Of a stretch of DNA of 33,664 nucleotides, positions 33,381-33,664 are shown in pieces. Numbering within the stretch: the first letter of the stretch is position 1; each line of letters begins with the position of its first letter. The stretch is from Octopus bimaculoides. Lineage: Eukaryota. The DNA is taken from assembly GCF_001194135.2 (NCBI RefSeq), contig NC_069004.1:27143141-27176804 (forward strand), given 5' to 3'. Both the position numbers and the translations under genes were made by a program. The notes under the pieces are model-generated. The model was not told where the DNA came from and made no database searches. It saw only the letters and a program-made list of their open reading frames with translations.

Positions 33381-33664
33381 TCTTTGCTATAAAGAATAGC
33401 TATAGTCAGCAATATTGTATTGAGGCCAGATAACTGATAAATACCGAAACTACAGCTTTGATTATTTTAATTTTTAAATATTTGGTCTGCTGGGATGTTT
33501 CCAAGTCATTCCCTGCATACACTATCCGACAGTCTTCGAATTTCAGTAACCTAACTCCATAAGCAATTCAATTGCATTTAAATTCCAAAATTCGCTATTC
33601 ACTTCGCAGGGGGAAAGATAACTCCATGGTAATTTCCATTAAGCACTTTACTAGACTCATATAT

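Overview
Gappy eukaryotic intronic/intergenic DNA from a draft assembly: 15 N-runs, about 6.6 kb (about 20%) of the window, most flanked by microsatellites. The repeat content points to an octopod cephalopod genome (inference from recalled repeat sequences, not a database search). No host protein-coding gene, tRNA gene or rRNA can be supported, and nearly all ORFs in the track are microsatellite or gap artefacts. The window holds five tRNA-headed SINE families (local labels A-E, about 20 copies), three pieces of an RLE-type (R4/Dong-like) non-LTR retrotransposon, a nearly complete DD37D (maT) transposon, two mariner remnants and dense microsatellites. Most notable: (1) SINE E carries a Penelope-type minimal hammerhead-ribozyme-like motif and occurs as a head-to-head inverted dimer with a perfect 19-bp hairpin; (2) an inverted SINE A pair forms a 125-bp, about 93% stem whose arms share private variants; (3) both R4/Dong-like 3' ends abut CA-containing microsatellites.
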